Notes: generated from the sequence alone by a model not told the origin. DNA of 64,000 bases from an uncultured Saprospiraceae bacterium (GCA_937923345.1 CAKZVJ010000164.1:4052-68051), one strand, 5' to 3'; numbered from the stretch's first letter, positions 28,087-37,426 are shown. A program made the numbers and translations.

Positions 28087-28229
28087 CCTTCCTTCGTGTG
28101 AGCGATAGTAAGGGCAGCTGCTTCAGCAGCTGGTCCCGATTTTTTTCAATCGGGACGGGAGCGACAGCGCACCCCTGCATAGCGCGACATGGACCGACAC
28201 CTTTTTCGGTGGAGGGGAGTGGCACACCC
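28087..28229 (-). repeat. GC-rich multi-hairpin interspersed element, type B, inverted copy E6
   Basis: The reverse complement reads GGGTGTGCC...GCGCTATGCAGGGGTGC...GTCCCGAT-tgaaaaaa-ATCGGGAC...CAGCTGC-tgaa-GCAGCTG...CCCTTACTATCGCTCACACGAAGG. It is collinear with E7. Confidence 0.75.
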
Positions 28230-28263
28230 AAAAAATCCGAACTAATATTATTACCTGTCAAAT

Positions 28264-28314
28264 AAAAAAAAAGGACTGATCAATAATGTTTGACCAATCC
28301 TTTGTTTTTTTTTT
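28264..28314. terminator. putative bidirectional terminator downstream of fadA
   Basis: A9 run, imperfect 12-bp stem AGGACTGATCAA / TTGACCAATCCT with two mismatches, then a T-rich run. Confidence 0.45.
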
Positions 28315-28370
28315 ATTTTGAGCTAATAGCAAAGGCTAACAGCTAAAGGCTTTTTGCCAACAGCTAATAC

Positions 28371-29537
28371 CTAATTAAGCAACTCATAGATACCAGCGAT
28401 ACCTTGACCACCACCTACGCAGGCAGTCACCATACCGTACTTGTCACCTCGTCTACGCATCTCATTGAAGAGTTGTGTCGAAAGTTTCGCGCCCGTACAG
28501 CCTAAAGGATGTCCTAAAGCAATAGCGCCTCCATTTACATTCACCTTGCTAGGATCTAAACCCGTTTGCTTTATGACAGCTAAGGCCTGAGTAGCGAACG
28601 CCTCATTGAGCTCTATTAAGTCAATGTCATCTTGTTTCAGGCCAGCTTGCTTAAGTGCCTTAGGAATAGCTGCGCAAGGTCCAATACCCATGTACAGTGG
28701 ATCTACACCCGCAACTGCACAATTGACCATTCTTGCGATAGGCTTTAGATTATATTTCTTTACGATTTCTTCACTTACTACGAGTACAAAAGATGCTCCG
28801 TCAGAAGTCTGAGACGAATTACCAGCCGTAACTACACCTCCGTTTTTGAACACTGCTCTTAAGCCACCTAGAGCTTCTACAGTCGTGCTTCTACGAACGC
28901 CTTCATCCATAGTGAAGTCAAACTCTTTCTCCTGACGCTTATCGTCTTTGACAAATACCTCCTTCACTTTGATAGGCACTATCTCGTCGTTGAATTTACC
29001 CGCATCGATGGCAGCAGCAGCTTTCACATGAGAATTGTAAGCAAACTCATCCGCTTGATCTCTGGTCACTTCGTACTTGTCTGCAACCGCTTCTGCAGTG
29101 GCTCCCATACTCACCATGTAGTTTGGTGTAGAGACAGCTACCTTATATGAAGGAGCAAACTTGTATCCCGTCATAGGAATCATGCTCATGCTTTCTGTAC
29201 CACCAGCGATGTAGATATGCCCCATACCTGCAGCAATCTTACCAGTAGCCATAGCGATAGCCTCTAGACCAGAAGCACAGTATCTATTGATCGTGATACC
29301 TGGCACTTCCTTTCCAAGCGCTCTTACAGAAATCATTCTTCCGATCTGTAAGCCTTGTTCTCCTTCAGGATTAGCACAACCCACAATCACGTCATCCACC
29401 AACTCTTTCGCAATCTCAGGCACCTGTTCCATCATGTGTGAAATAACCTCCACGGCTAAATCATCAGAACGGTAGTTTTTCAAGCTACCTCTGCCAGCTT
29501 TACCGACTGGACTTCTATATGCTTTTATGATATACAT
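28371..29537 (-). CDS. fadA: acetyl-CoA C-acyltransferase (3-ketoacyl-CoA thiolase)
   Basis: Active-site NRYCASGLEA, GHPLGCTGA and CVGGGQGIA motifs. Confidence 0.9.
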   Translation of the reverse strand: MYIIKAYRSPVGKAGRGSLKNYRSDDLAVEVISHMMEQVPEIAKELVDDVIVGCANPEGEQGLQIGRMISVRALGKEVPGITINRYCASGLEAIAMATGKIAAGMGHIYIAGGTESMSMIPMTGYKFAPSYKVAVSTPNYMVSMGATAEAVADKYEVTRDQADEFAYNSHVKAAAAIDAGKFNDEIVPIKVKEVFVKDDKRQEKEFDFTMDEGVRRSTTVEALGGLRAVFKNGGVVTAGNSSQTSDGASFVLVVSEEIVKKYNLKPIARMVNCAVAGVDPLYMGIGPCAAIPKALKQAGLKQDDIDLIELNEAFATQALAVIKQTGLDPSKVNVNGGAIALGHPLGCTGAKLSTQLFNEMRRRGDKYGMVTACVGGGQGIAGIYELLN

Positions 29538-29585
29538 TATATTATTTTTTCTTTTGAGTAAATAAATTTCAAACGACTAGGGCGA

Positions 29586-32036
29586 TTAATTTCTTAATGG
29601 CTTGTTCGTTTGCAACATGTGCTGAATACGCTCTTGCGTTTTCTTTTCACCAGCTAGAGACATGAATGCTTCTCTCTCTAGGTCTAATAGATAACGCTCA
29701 GATACTTGCTGCTGACCAGTCAAGTCACCACCACAGATAACGCTTGCTAATTTTTGCGCGATCTTTACATCGTGCTCAGAAGCATACTTTCCAAGAATCA
29801 ATTCATTCGCTGCAGAGTAAATTGCTGCCATCCCAGAACGTCCTAGCACGGTGATGTCCTTACGCATGATAGGCTGCTTATAATTTCTAGCCAATTCTAG
29901 CACCCGTACTTTAGCTTCTTTGATATTGCGTTTAGCGTTCATGATTACTTCATCCTTTTCCTCTAGTAGGTATCCCATACCGAAGGCTTGTGGAGCAGAA
30001 GTAGCTACCTTAGCTTGTGCTATTGTCAATGTCTTATCTATTAAGGTTGGCATCTGTACATCTCCCTTGAAGAAAGCGTCAGAAGCTCTCAAGGCAAACT
30101 CTTTCGTTCCTGCACCACCAGGTATCAATCCGACACCTACTTCCACTAGTCCGATATAACTTTCCGCAGCACACATAGCCGCATCACAGTGCATCACCAT
30201 TTCACATCCACCACCAAATACATACCCTTGCGTAGCCGCTACCACTGGAATAGCAGAATATCTACATCGCATCACGGTATCTTGGAATGTCTTCACGGCA
30301 AGATTCATTTGATCCCACTCTTGTTGGAATGCAAACATGCCAATCATCATTAGATTTGCCCCCACCGTAAAGTTGGTAGAGTTATTACCGATGACTAATC
30401 CTTTCCAGCCTTCTTCTTCTGCGATGGTTATCGCTTCGTTTATTCCCTTCAATACGCCTTCTCCGATAGAGTTCATCTTAGAAGTAAACTCTAAGCAAAG
30501 TACCCCATCCCCCAGATCATGCAAGATAGATTCACTTGTTTTGTTGACAGGGGTCTTGCTACGCAGGTTGTCCAAGATGATAAAGTCATCTGCACCTGGC
30601 AATTCTTTATAGGCCTTATCGGATACTGAATAGTAGTGAGATTTATTATCTTCTACTTTATAGAATGAAGTCACACCAGCAGCTACCATATCCGTCACCC
30701 AAGTAGCAACAGTCTGTCCATCCGCCTTAGCCAATTCTATTCCTTTTTCAAGCCCAACCATATCCCAGTATTGGAATGGTCCTACATCCCATGCAAAACC
30801 TGCACGTAAGGCATCATCTATACTGTATGTATCATCCGCTATCTCAGGGATTCTGTTACTTACATAAGCGAAAAGACCACCGAGCGAACGTCTAACCAAT
30901 TCTCCACCTTTGTCATCCGCTTCCACAAATGCTTGGATTCGCTTCTTCAGACTATCCATTCCTTTCACAGTAGCTAAAGAGGGTAGTGAAGGCTTGGTAG
31001 TAGGCTTGTATTCAAGCGTCTCTAGATCTAGACCTAAGATAATCTTGCGACCCTTATCATCTTTCTCCTTTGTCTTTTTATAAAATCCCTGTCCAGACTT
31101 GTCCCCAAAAAACTTATTGTCCAATAAGAATTGGAAGTAGGGAGGAATGACAAATGTATTGGCTTGCTCATCATCAGGACAGTTGTCTTTGATACCCGCT
31201 ATTACTTTAGCAGAAGTATCATGGCCCACTAGATCACCCAAACGGAAAGTTCCAGTCTTTGGACGTCCGATGGCAGGACCCGTTAATTTATCTACTTCTG
31301 ATATAGATAAACCTAACTCACTCGTCAAGGCGTATATCTTAGACATTGCATACACACCAACTCTATTGGCGACGAATGCAGGTGTATCTTTGGCTAATAC
31401 AGTTTGCTTTCCAAGATACTTGTCTCCATACTTCATGAAGAAATCAATAACAGCTGGATCTGTCTCAGGAGAAGGAATCACCTCAAACAATCTCATATAT
31501 CTAGGAGGATTGAAAAAGTGTGTTCCGCAGAAATGCTTCTTGAAATCATCTGATCTACCATCCAGCATCATGTGAATCGGAATACCAGACGTATTAGAAG
31601 TGATTAGAGAGCCGGGTTTTCTATACTTTTCTACATTATCAAACACTTGCTTCTTGATATCTAGTCGTTCAACGACAACCTCAATGATCCAATCGCTATC
31701 CGCAATCTTTTGCATGTCATCATCAAAATTACCAGTTGTGACTCTCGAGGCAAACATCTTATCATAGAAAGGTTCAATACGCTTAGACTTAAGTGCGGCT
31801 TTTACAGCAGCATTTGCTAGCTTATTACGCATAGCGGGTACTTTCTTTTGCTCATCTGTCAAGTCAAATGGAACGATGTCTAATAGTAAAACTTCTACAC
31901 CAACATTGGCGAGATGTGCAGCGATACCCATTCCCATCAGTCCAGATCCGAGTACAGTCGCTTTCTTAATGTTTCTAGGCTTAGTCTTGTGCTTCACCCC
32001 ATTACTGGGTTGATTAGCTACCTGGTTTTCAATCAT
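29586..32036 (-). CDS. multifunctional 3-hydroxyacyl-CoA dehydrogenase / enoyl-CoA hydratase
   Basis: N-terminal NAD Rossmann VLGSGLMGMGIAAH and C-terminal crotonase fold (GYVFGGGCEMVMHCD). This is the domain order common in Bacteroidota. Directly upstream of the thiolase. Confidence 0.9.
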   Translation of the reverse strand: MIENQVANQPSNGVKHKTKPRNIKKATVLGSGLMGMGIAAHLANVGVEVLLLDIVPFDLTDEQKKVPAMRNKLANAAVKAALKSKRIEPFYDKMFASRVTTGNFDDDMQKIADSDWIIEVVVERLDIKKQVFDNVEKYRKPGSLITSNTSGIPIHMMLDGRSDDFKKHFCGTHFFNPPRYMRLFEVIPSPETDPAVIDFFMKYGDKYLGKQTVLAKDTPAFVANRVGVYAMSKIYALTSELGLSISEVDKLTGPAIGRPKTGTFRLGDLVGHDTSAKVIAGIKDNCPDDEQANTFVIPPYFQFLLDNKFFGDKSGQGFYKKTKEKDDKGRKIILGLDLETLEYKPTTKPSLPSLATVKGMDSLKKRIQAFVEADDKGGELVRRSLGGLFAYVSNRIPEIADDTYSIDDALRAGFAWDVGPFQYWDMVGLEKGIELAKADGQTVATWVTDMVAAGVTSFYKVEDNKSHYYSVSDKAYKELPGADDFIILDNLRSKTPVNKTSESILHDLGDGVLCLEFTSKMNSIGEGVLKGINEAITIAEEEGWKGLVIGNNSTNFTVGANLMMIGMFAFQQEWDQMNLAVKTFQDTVMRCRYSAIPVVAATQGYVFGGGCEMVMHCDAAMCAAESYIGLVEVGVGLIPGGAGTKEFALRASDAFFKGDVQMPTLIDKTLTIAQAKVATSAPQAFGMGYLLEEKDEVIMNAKRNIKEAKVRVLELARNYKQPIMRKDITVLGRSGMAAIYSAANELILGKYASEHDVKIAQKLASVICGGDLTGQQQVSERYLLDLEREAFMSLAGEKKTQERIQHMLQTNKPLRN

Positions 32037-32313
32037 TGTGTGCGCTTTATAGCTTTTAGAAATTAATGAATAGTAGACCTAAGTCTAACTCTGTATATAT
32101 GTAACGGTATAGTGTTGAGTGAGGTTGTGGCTCCAAAGGCCAATTAAGCTCTAAACTAGCGAAAATTCGCTTATTTGATATAATAAAAATAATTAATCTG
32201 TCAAATATTAAATTTATTTCTCATCAATTAATAATTTGTGCGCAATTACGAGCGTTCTTAATGCCCATAGTAGGAACGTTTTATTTCACTACAGTTTTCA
32301 AACTATACATTCT

Positions 32314-33015
32314 ATGAAATTTCAGCCCATCTATTTATTCTTTCAAGGCGCTTCTAAATTAAAGGACGCAGAAGCTGAAGAAGTATCACAAAGTGTTTTG
32401 GATGTCATCCTTGGCAGTGGACCACTAGGAATTGCGATTCTTGCGATTCTTATTTTTCTTTCCGCAATAGGAACATACATATTTCTTGAACGCCTATTCA
32501 CGATAAAAAAAGCTACTGCGGTTGATCAAAACTTTATGAATAATATTCGCTCTAGCGTACTCGCTGGTAATATCCCAGGAGCCAAAGCGCTATGTGGTTC
32601 TACAAATACGCCAGTGGCTAGAATGGTAGAAAAAGGCCTCCAACGGATCGGTAAACCACTACGTGATATCGATGCCGCTATTGAGAATGTAGGCAACTTA
32701 GAGATATTCAAGTTGGAGAAAAACTTATCTACCCTAGCTTCTATCGCAGGTGCCGCGCCGATGATTGGTTTCTTTGGTACCGTGACGGGTATGATCCTCG
32801 CATTTTATGAGATGTCAACTGCGGATAACGTTGGTCCTCAAGTACTTGCGGGAGGTATCTATCAAGCACTCTTGACAACAGCATTTGGCTTGTTGATTGG
32901 TATTTTTGCTTTTGTGGGCTATAATTATTTGGTAGGTAAGGTAGAACATGCGGTATACAATATGGAGCGTTCTACGACGGAGTTTATGGATTTATTACAA
33001 GAACCTTCTGCATAA
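32314..33015 (+). CDS. exbB: MotA/TolQ/ExbB proton-channel protein
   Basis: 3 TM helices and GAAPMIGFFGTVTGMI...AL.TTAFGL motif. Start taken at ATG 32314. Confidence 0.85.
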   Translation: MKFQPIYLFFQGASKLKDAEAEEVSQSVLDVILGSGPLGIAILAILIFLSAIGTYIFLERLFTIKKATAVDQNFMNNIRSSVLAGNIPGAKALCGSTNTPVARMVEKGLQRIGKPLRDIDAAIENVGNLEIFKLEKNLSTLASIAGAAPMIGFFGTVTGMILAFYEMSTADNVGPQVLAGGIYQALLTTAFGLLIGIFAFVGYNYLVGKVEHAVYNMERSTTEFMDLLQEPSA

Positions 33016-33026
33016 AAAACGCCAGC

Positions 33027-33440
33027 ATGGGCTTGAAAAAAAGAGGTAAAGTAAGTGCCGAATTTAGTATGTCGTCATTGACGGACATCATATTTTTGTT
33101 GTTGATATTTTTTATGTTGACATCAAAACTGGTGGTCATTGACCCGTACGAACTGCCAGAGTCAGATTCTACCACTGTAGCACCTACAAATATTATTGCA
33201 CAAGTAAGAACTACCGGCAAAATCCAGTTGAACGTAGATGGTAAGGAATCTATGGTCACCTCTACGAGAGAGATTGTGAGAAAAGTAAAGCCAGCCTTAG
33301 GTACTATTGAGAATAGAGACAATGCAACGCTCACCATTGTAGCAGAGGTCGGCGTCCCTTTTAAAAAAGTATCTATGCTGATGGCTGCTGCCGCTGAGTT
33401 AAGGATGAAAGCCATTATTGCAACACAACCTGTAGAATAA
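33027..33440 (+). CDS. exbD: ExbD/TolR biopolymer transport protein (paralogue 1)
   Basis: SLTDIIFLLLIFFM TM segment containing the conserved Asp, plus a periplasmic domain. Confidence 0.85.
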   Translation: MGLKKRGKVSAEFSMSSLTDIIFLLLIFFMLTSKLVVIDPYELPESDSTTVAPTNIIAQVRTTGKIQLNVDGKESMVTSTREIVRKVKPALGTIENRDNATLTIVAEVGVPFKKVSMLMAAAAELRMKAIIATQPVE

Positions 33441-33446
33441 AAGATT

Positions 33447-33836
33447 ATGGGACTTAAAAAAAGAGGTAAGGTAAGCGCTGAATTTAGTATGTCCTCATTG
33501 ACGGACATCATATTTTTGTTGCTTATATTTTTTATGCTGACATCGTCTTTGGTATCGCCCAATGCCCTCAATCTCAAGATGCCAGGTAAGGAAAGTGTCA
33601 AGAGCTCTACTGCAAATAACTTACAAAAAATTTCGATCACCAAGACAGGTTCATTCTTGTTTGAGGGAGTTGCGGTAAGTAACAACGCCATCAGTGATCT
33701 GATGAAAGGCATGAAAGGGGAGACCATCATAGTAGCTCCTCATCGCGATGCGCCGATTGAGAAGGTAGTCCGCATCATGGACCTTTCTATGCGTTACAAA
33801 ATCGAGACGGTGCTAGCGGCCTCAGACGACAGATAG
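33447..33836 (+). CDS. exbD: ExbD/TolR biopolymer transport protein (paralogue 2)
   Basis: First 33 aa are identical to paralogue 1. The periplasmic domain is divergent. Confidence 0.85.
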   Translation: MGLKKRGKVSAEFSMSSLTDIIFLLLIFFMLTSSLVSPNALNLKMPGKESVKSSTANNLQKISITKTGSFLFEGVAVSNNAISDLMKGMKGETIIVAPHRDAPIEKVVRIMDLSMRYKIETVLAASDDR

Positions 33837-33870
33837 ATTTTACAAGATCAAGATATTTACCATGGTTACA

Positions 33871-34067
33871 ATGAGGGTGTGCCCCCTGATGGCCTCTCAA
33901 CGCCTCAAAAAAGAGGCCTTTAGAGGCCATCAGGCGTCGGGCTATTGCGGGGTGCCCGTTCCGATAGTTTTTTCTGATAGGTAGTTGTTTCTGTAAAACT
34001 GCAGCTAGTCAATAAAAAATCGGAACCGCCAAGAAGATTCGGCGCCCTATCTATCCCTCACACGAAG
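33871..34067 (+). repeat. GC-rich multi-hairpin interspersed element, type B, copy E7
   Basis: ATGAGGGTGTGCC. Perfect 13-bp stem 33885-33897 / 33922-33934 with a nested GCCTC/GAGGC hairpin. GGGCTATTGCGGGGTGC. GTTCCGAT (33958-33965) pairs with ATCGGAAC (34019-34026) across a 53-nt AT-rich loop. Ends in GCCCTATCTATCCCTCACACGAAG. Confidence 0.75.
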
Positions 34068-34306
34068 ACCTATTACCGAGAATAAAGTGTAAACTACTTA
34101 CAAAATAGGACTATGTTTAACGAACTAGATCTGTAGGTAGAAAACCACGTAAGCTAGACTCGTATTCATATAAAGAGTAAAAATGAAAGCGCTTTAAAAA
34201 TATCTAAGAACGTACATTTTTACGCATTATTTAATTTTAATATATATCTTTACAACAGACATAGTCGTTAAGTAATCAAAAACATAGCCTCTGTGGAATC
34301 TAAATC

Positions 34307-35245
34307 ATGAACAATTTTATCAACATAGAAATAAAAGACAAGCGTAAGGCACGTATCTACACGGGCATTATTATGGCTATTTTTTTCATTATTATTGTTT
34401 TCCTTCCTTTATTTTCATACCAAAATCCACCTCCAGGTCAGGAAGGTGTACTGGTTAGTTTTGGCCAAGTCAACCAAGGGCAAGGCAATGAAGCTCCAGC
34501 AGAAAACAAACCTTCTAAATCAGAAGAGACTAAACCAAAACCTCAAAAGAAAGAAAAGGTAGAACCAAAACCGAAGCCTAAAGCAAAACCAACTCCTAAG
34601 GAACCTAAACCTAAAAAGGTAAAACCACAAGTTGATAAAAAAGTAATCGAAGCGCGTAATGCGGAAATTGCTTTAGCAAAAGAGAAGGCTGAACAAGTAG
34701 AAAAAGAAAAAGCTAGAAAAGCGGCTGAGGTAGCAGAACGCTTAGCAAAAGCCGAAGCTGCAGCAGAAAAAAGACGTGCAGAAGAAGAGGCAAAAGCCAT
34801 AGCAGCAGCGGCTGCAGCAAAGAAAAAGAAAGATGCTTTAGATTTTAAGAATAGTCTCGCGGACTCATTTAAAAAGGGTAAGGGTACTGGCCAAGGAGAT
34901 GGTGGTGTCCCCGGTAATCAAGGCGACCCAGACGGTGATCCTAATTCTGAAGTGCTAAAAGGACTGAGCACTGGCGTAGGGGTGATCGGAGGAGGTCTGC
35001 AAGGACGCGGCGGAAAAGGACCTGGTATCACCGACAATAGTAATAAAACAGGTGTCGTGGTGGTATATTTATGCATAGATGCTAGAGGCAATGTCAATTC
35101 TGCTAGATACATCCTGAAAGGCTCCACCACCTCCGATCCACAATTGCAAAAATTGGCCGTAGAAAACGCCAAGAAGTGGAATTTCAACCCAGGCACAACC
35201 GATGAGACCTGTGGTACAATCACCTATCAGTTTAAGGTGAAATAG
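34307..35245 (+). CDS. TonB-like energy transducer
   Basis: N-terminal TM helix, K/P/E-rich spacer (KPKPQKKEKVEPKPKPKAKPTPKEPKPKK), Ala/Glu-rich helix and a C-terminal beta domain of about 80 aa. Lies downstream of exbB-exbD-exbD. Confidence 0.6.
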   Translation: MNNFINIEIKDKRKARIYTGIIMAIFFIIIVFLPLFSYQNPPPGQEGVLVSFGQVNQGQGNEAPAENKPSKSEETKPKPQKKEKVEPKPKPKAKPTPKEPKPKKVKPQVDKKVIEARNAEIALAKEKAEQVEKEKARKAAEVAERLAKAEAAAEKRRAEEEAKAIAAAAAAKKKKDALDFKNSLADSFKKGKGTGQGDGGVPGNQGDPDGDPNSEVLKGLSTGVGVIGGGLQGRGGKGPGITDNSNKTGVVVVYLCIDARGNVNSARYILKGSTTSDPQLQKLAVENAKKWNFNPGTTDETCGTITYQFKVK

Positions 35246-35345
35246 TTGAGGCTACTCTAGGCCGAGGCTTATCTAATTAGTGCCTTTCAAAATTCATGGG
35301 TGTACGTCTCATTTCATATCTTTATAGCATATTTAAATCAACACC

Positions 35346-36668
35346 TTGGCTATAAACACCTACAAAGAAGTACTCGACTTTCTCTATCAACAGCTACCCA
35401 TGTTTCAAAGACAAGGAGCAGTGGCATTCAAAAAAGACTTAACCAATATCAAGCTGCTTTGTGATGCCATAGGTAATCCTGAAAGGAAATTTAAGGCCAT
35501 CCATGTAGCTGGCACAAATGGCAAAGGAACCACCTCGCATATTTTGTCATCGATCTTTCATGCAGCAGGGTATCAAGTTGGTCTATATACCTCACCACAT
35601 TACCTAGACCTAAGAGAACGGATCAAAATCAATCGAAAGCTAATTTCAGAAGCGGCAATCCTAGATTTTATCAATCGCAACCGAGAACAAATAGATAAGA
35701 TCCAACCCTCCTTTTTTGAATTGATGGTGGCCTTGTCTTTTGACCATTTTGCCAAGGAAAAAGTGGATCTAGCAATTATCGAAACGGGCTTAGGCGGGCG
35801 ATTAGATTCTACAAATATAATTAGCCCAGCGCTTTCCGTAATCACCAACATAAGTTACGACCATCAAGACATGCTAGGGGACACCTTACCCGAAATAGCA
35901 GGTGAAAAGGCAGGCATCATCAAAGCGAATACGCCAGTCGTTATCGGTCAGACACAAGCAGAGGTCCAGTCTGTATTTGATCAAAAAGCCAATGAGATGG
36001 ATACTACTCTTAGTTTCGCAGATCAGCGTTGGCATTACAGCATTCAAAAGGAGAGCATAGACCACTATCACTTAGATATATTCCAAGACGATTCACTGTT
36101 TTTAGACAATTGCAGAGTGGACTTGAAAGGTGAAGTCTTTCTCAAAAACATGATCACCGCAATGGAGACTATCCATGTTTGGAACGAGTGTAATGAACAT
36201 GTTTATAAAGAACATATCCAAGAAGGCTTATCCAATATCAAGCAGAGAACGTACTTCCTCGGTAGAATGCACGTAATACAATCCAAACCGCTCTTGATTG
36301 CGGATAGTGCGCATAATGAAGATGGTCTAAAAGCGCTGTTTACTGAAGTAGAGAAACTGCAGTATGAAAAGCTGCATATCGTTTTTGGAATGGTCTCAGA
36401 TAAGCCCCTTAGCAAGGTTCTTCATCTATTACCTACAAAAGCGACCTACTACGCGGTAGCGGCCAATATACCTCGCGCCAAGGCCTCTACTACTTTGTAT
36501 GAGGAACTTCATGCGGCTGGATTGGTCGTAAAAGAAGCACATTCTGTCGAAAAGGGCAAAAATCTAGCTTTAAGTGAAGCAAATGCTACAGATTTGGTGT
36601 TAGTATGTGGAAGCATCTTTGTAGTTGCAGAGATTGCAGAAATTGCCTTATCTTTAGGACGAGACTGA
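35346..36668 (+). CDS. folC: bifunctional folylpolyglutamate synthase / dihydrofolate synthase
   Basis: Mur-ligase P-loop HVAGTNGKGTT, LPMFQRQG N-terminus, IETGLGGRLDSTN. TTG start. Confidence 0.85.
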   Translation: MAINTYKEVLDFLYQQLPMFQRQGAVAFKKDLTNIKLLCDAIGNPERKFKAIHVAGTNGKGTTSHILSSIFHAAGYQVGLYTSPHYLDLRERIKINRKLISEAAILDFINRNREQIDKIQPSFFELMVALSFDHFAKEKVDLAIIETGLGGRLDSTNIISPALSVITNISYDHQDMLGDTLPEIAGEKAGIIKANTPVVIGQTQAEVQSVFDQKANEMDTTLSFADQRWHYSIQKESIDHYHLDIFQDDSLFLDNCRVDLKGEVFLKNMITAMETIHVWNECNEHVYKEHIQEGLSNIKQRTYFLGRMHVIQSKPLLIADSAHNEDGLKALFTEVEKLQYEKLHIVFGMVSDKPLSKVLHLLPTKATYYAVAANIPRAKASTTLYEELHAAGLVVKEAHSVEKGKNLALSEANATDLVLVCGSIFVVAEIAEIALSLGRD

Positions 36669-36684
36669 TAGTACACAAAACAAC

Positions 36685-37362
36685 ATGGAAAACAAAAGTG
36701 CTTTACAACTAATCTTAGCTATCATAGGTGCTGTTTTTGCATTTGTGTTGCTTCGTTTTCCATTCCCAGCCAATATGATTGCGCTCTTCATATTGATAGT
36801 GGCCATTACGGCCTACTATTCTTACAACGAGTACTTAGAAAGAAAAGCGAAAACGGAGTTCGCCAATTCTTTAGTTGGTCAAATGAATGAAAAGCGATTA
36901 GACTGTCAGTTGAAGATCTCTCAATTACAAAAAGAAATTAGCCTCATCCAAGGAAATATTGATGATTTACAAGCTAAGCTCAATGCAAATCCCCAAGCGA
37001 CCCCAGCGGCAATTGTAGAGACCAATAAATTGATGGCTGGTTTTCAAGAGGAGAAGAAGTTACGACAATCCAAAATTTCATTCTACGAACTAGCACTCAA
37101 TAAATTTAACCAAATCATCAAAAACCACCAGCTCACTGAAGACCTCAAACTGAAAAGAGAAAAACTAGAGGCTCTCATGGAAAACAATGTCGAAGAGGTC
37201 GCGGACATGGAAGGGGTAAAAACTTTCTTAGACTACGAAAAAACCTATATCGAAACCATAGATGAGCTATCCCTCAAAATGCTAGAGAGCAGAAGTGTTG
37301 CTAATGCAGAGGTGCTTAAGCTAGAGTTGGTAGAAATGACCAAGGAGCTGAGAGAATTGTAA
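36685..37362 (+). CDS. hypothetical membrane-anchored coiled-coil protein
   Basis: Two N-terminal TM helices followed by about 160 aa of heptad-like helix. 16 nt after the folC stop. Confidence 0.5.
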   Translation: MENKSALQLILAIIGAVFAFVLLRFPFPANMIALFILIVAITAYYSYNEYLERKAKTEFANSLVGQMNEKRLDCQLKISQLQKEISLIQGNIDDLQAKLNANPQATPAAIVETNKLMAGFQEEKKLRQSKISFYELALNKFNQIIKNHQLTEDLKLKREKLEALMENNVEEVADMEGVKTFLDYEKTYIETIDELSLKMLESRSVANAEVLKLELVEMTKELREL

Positions 37363-37426
37363 AGAGAGCTATTAGGTATTGGCTATAAGCTGTTAGGCGT
37401 CTACAATTTTTAAACTGAAACAAGAA

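Noticed and set aside
32984-33730. 248-aa minus-strand ORF spanning both exbD genes
   Set aside because: It is antisense to two well-supported ExbD genes. Its internal repeat (…NIKNINNKNMMSVN[DE]DILNSALTLPLF…) merely mirrors the duplicated exbD 5' ends. It has no start context or motif.
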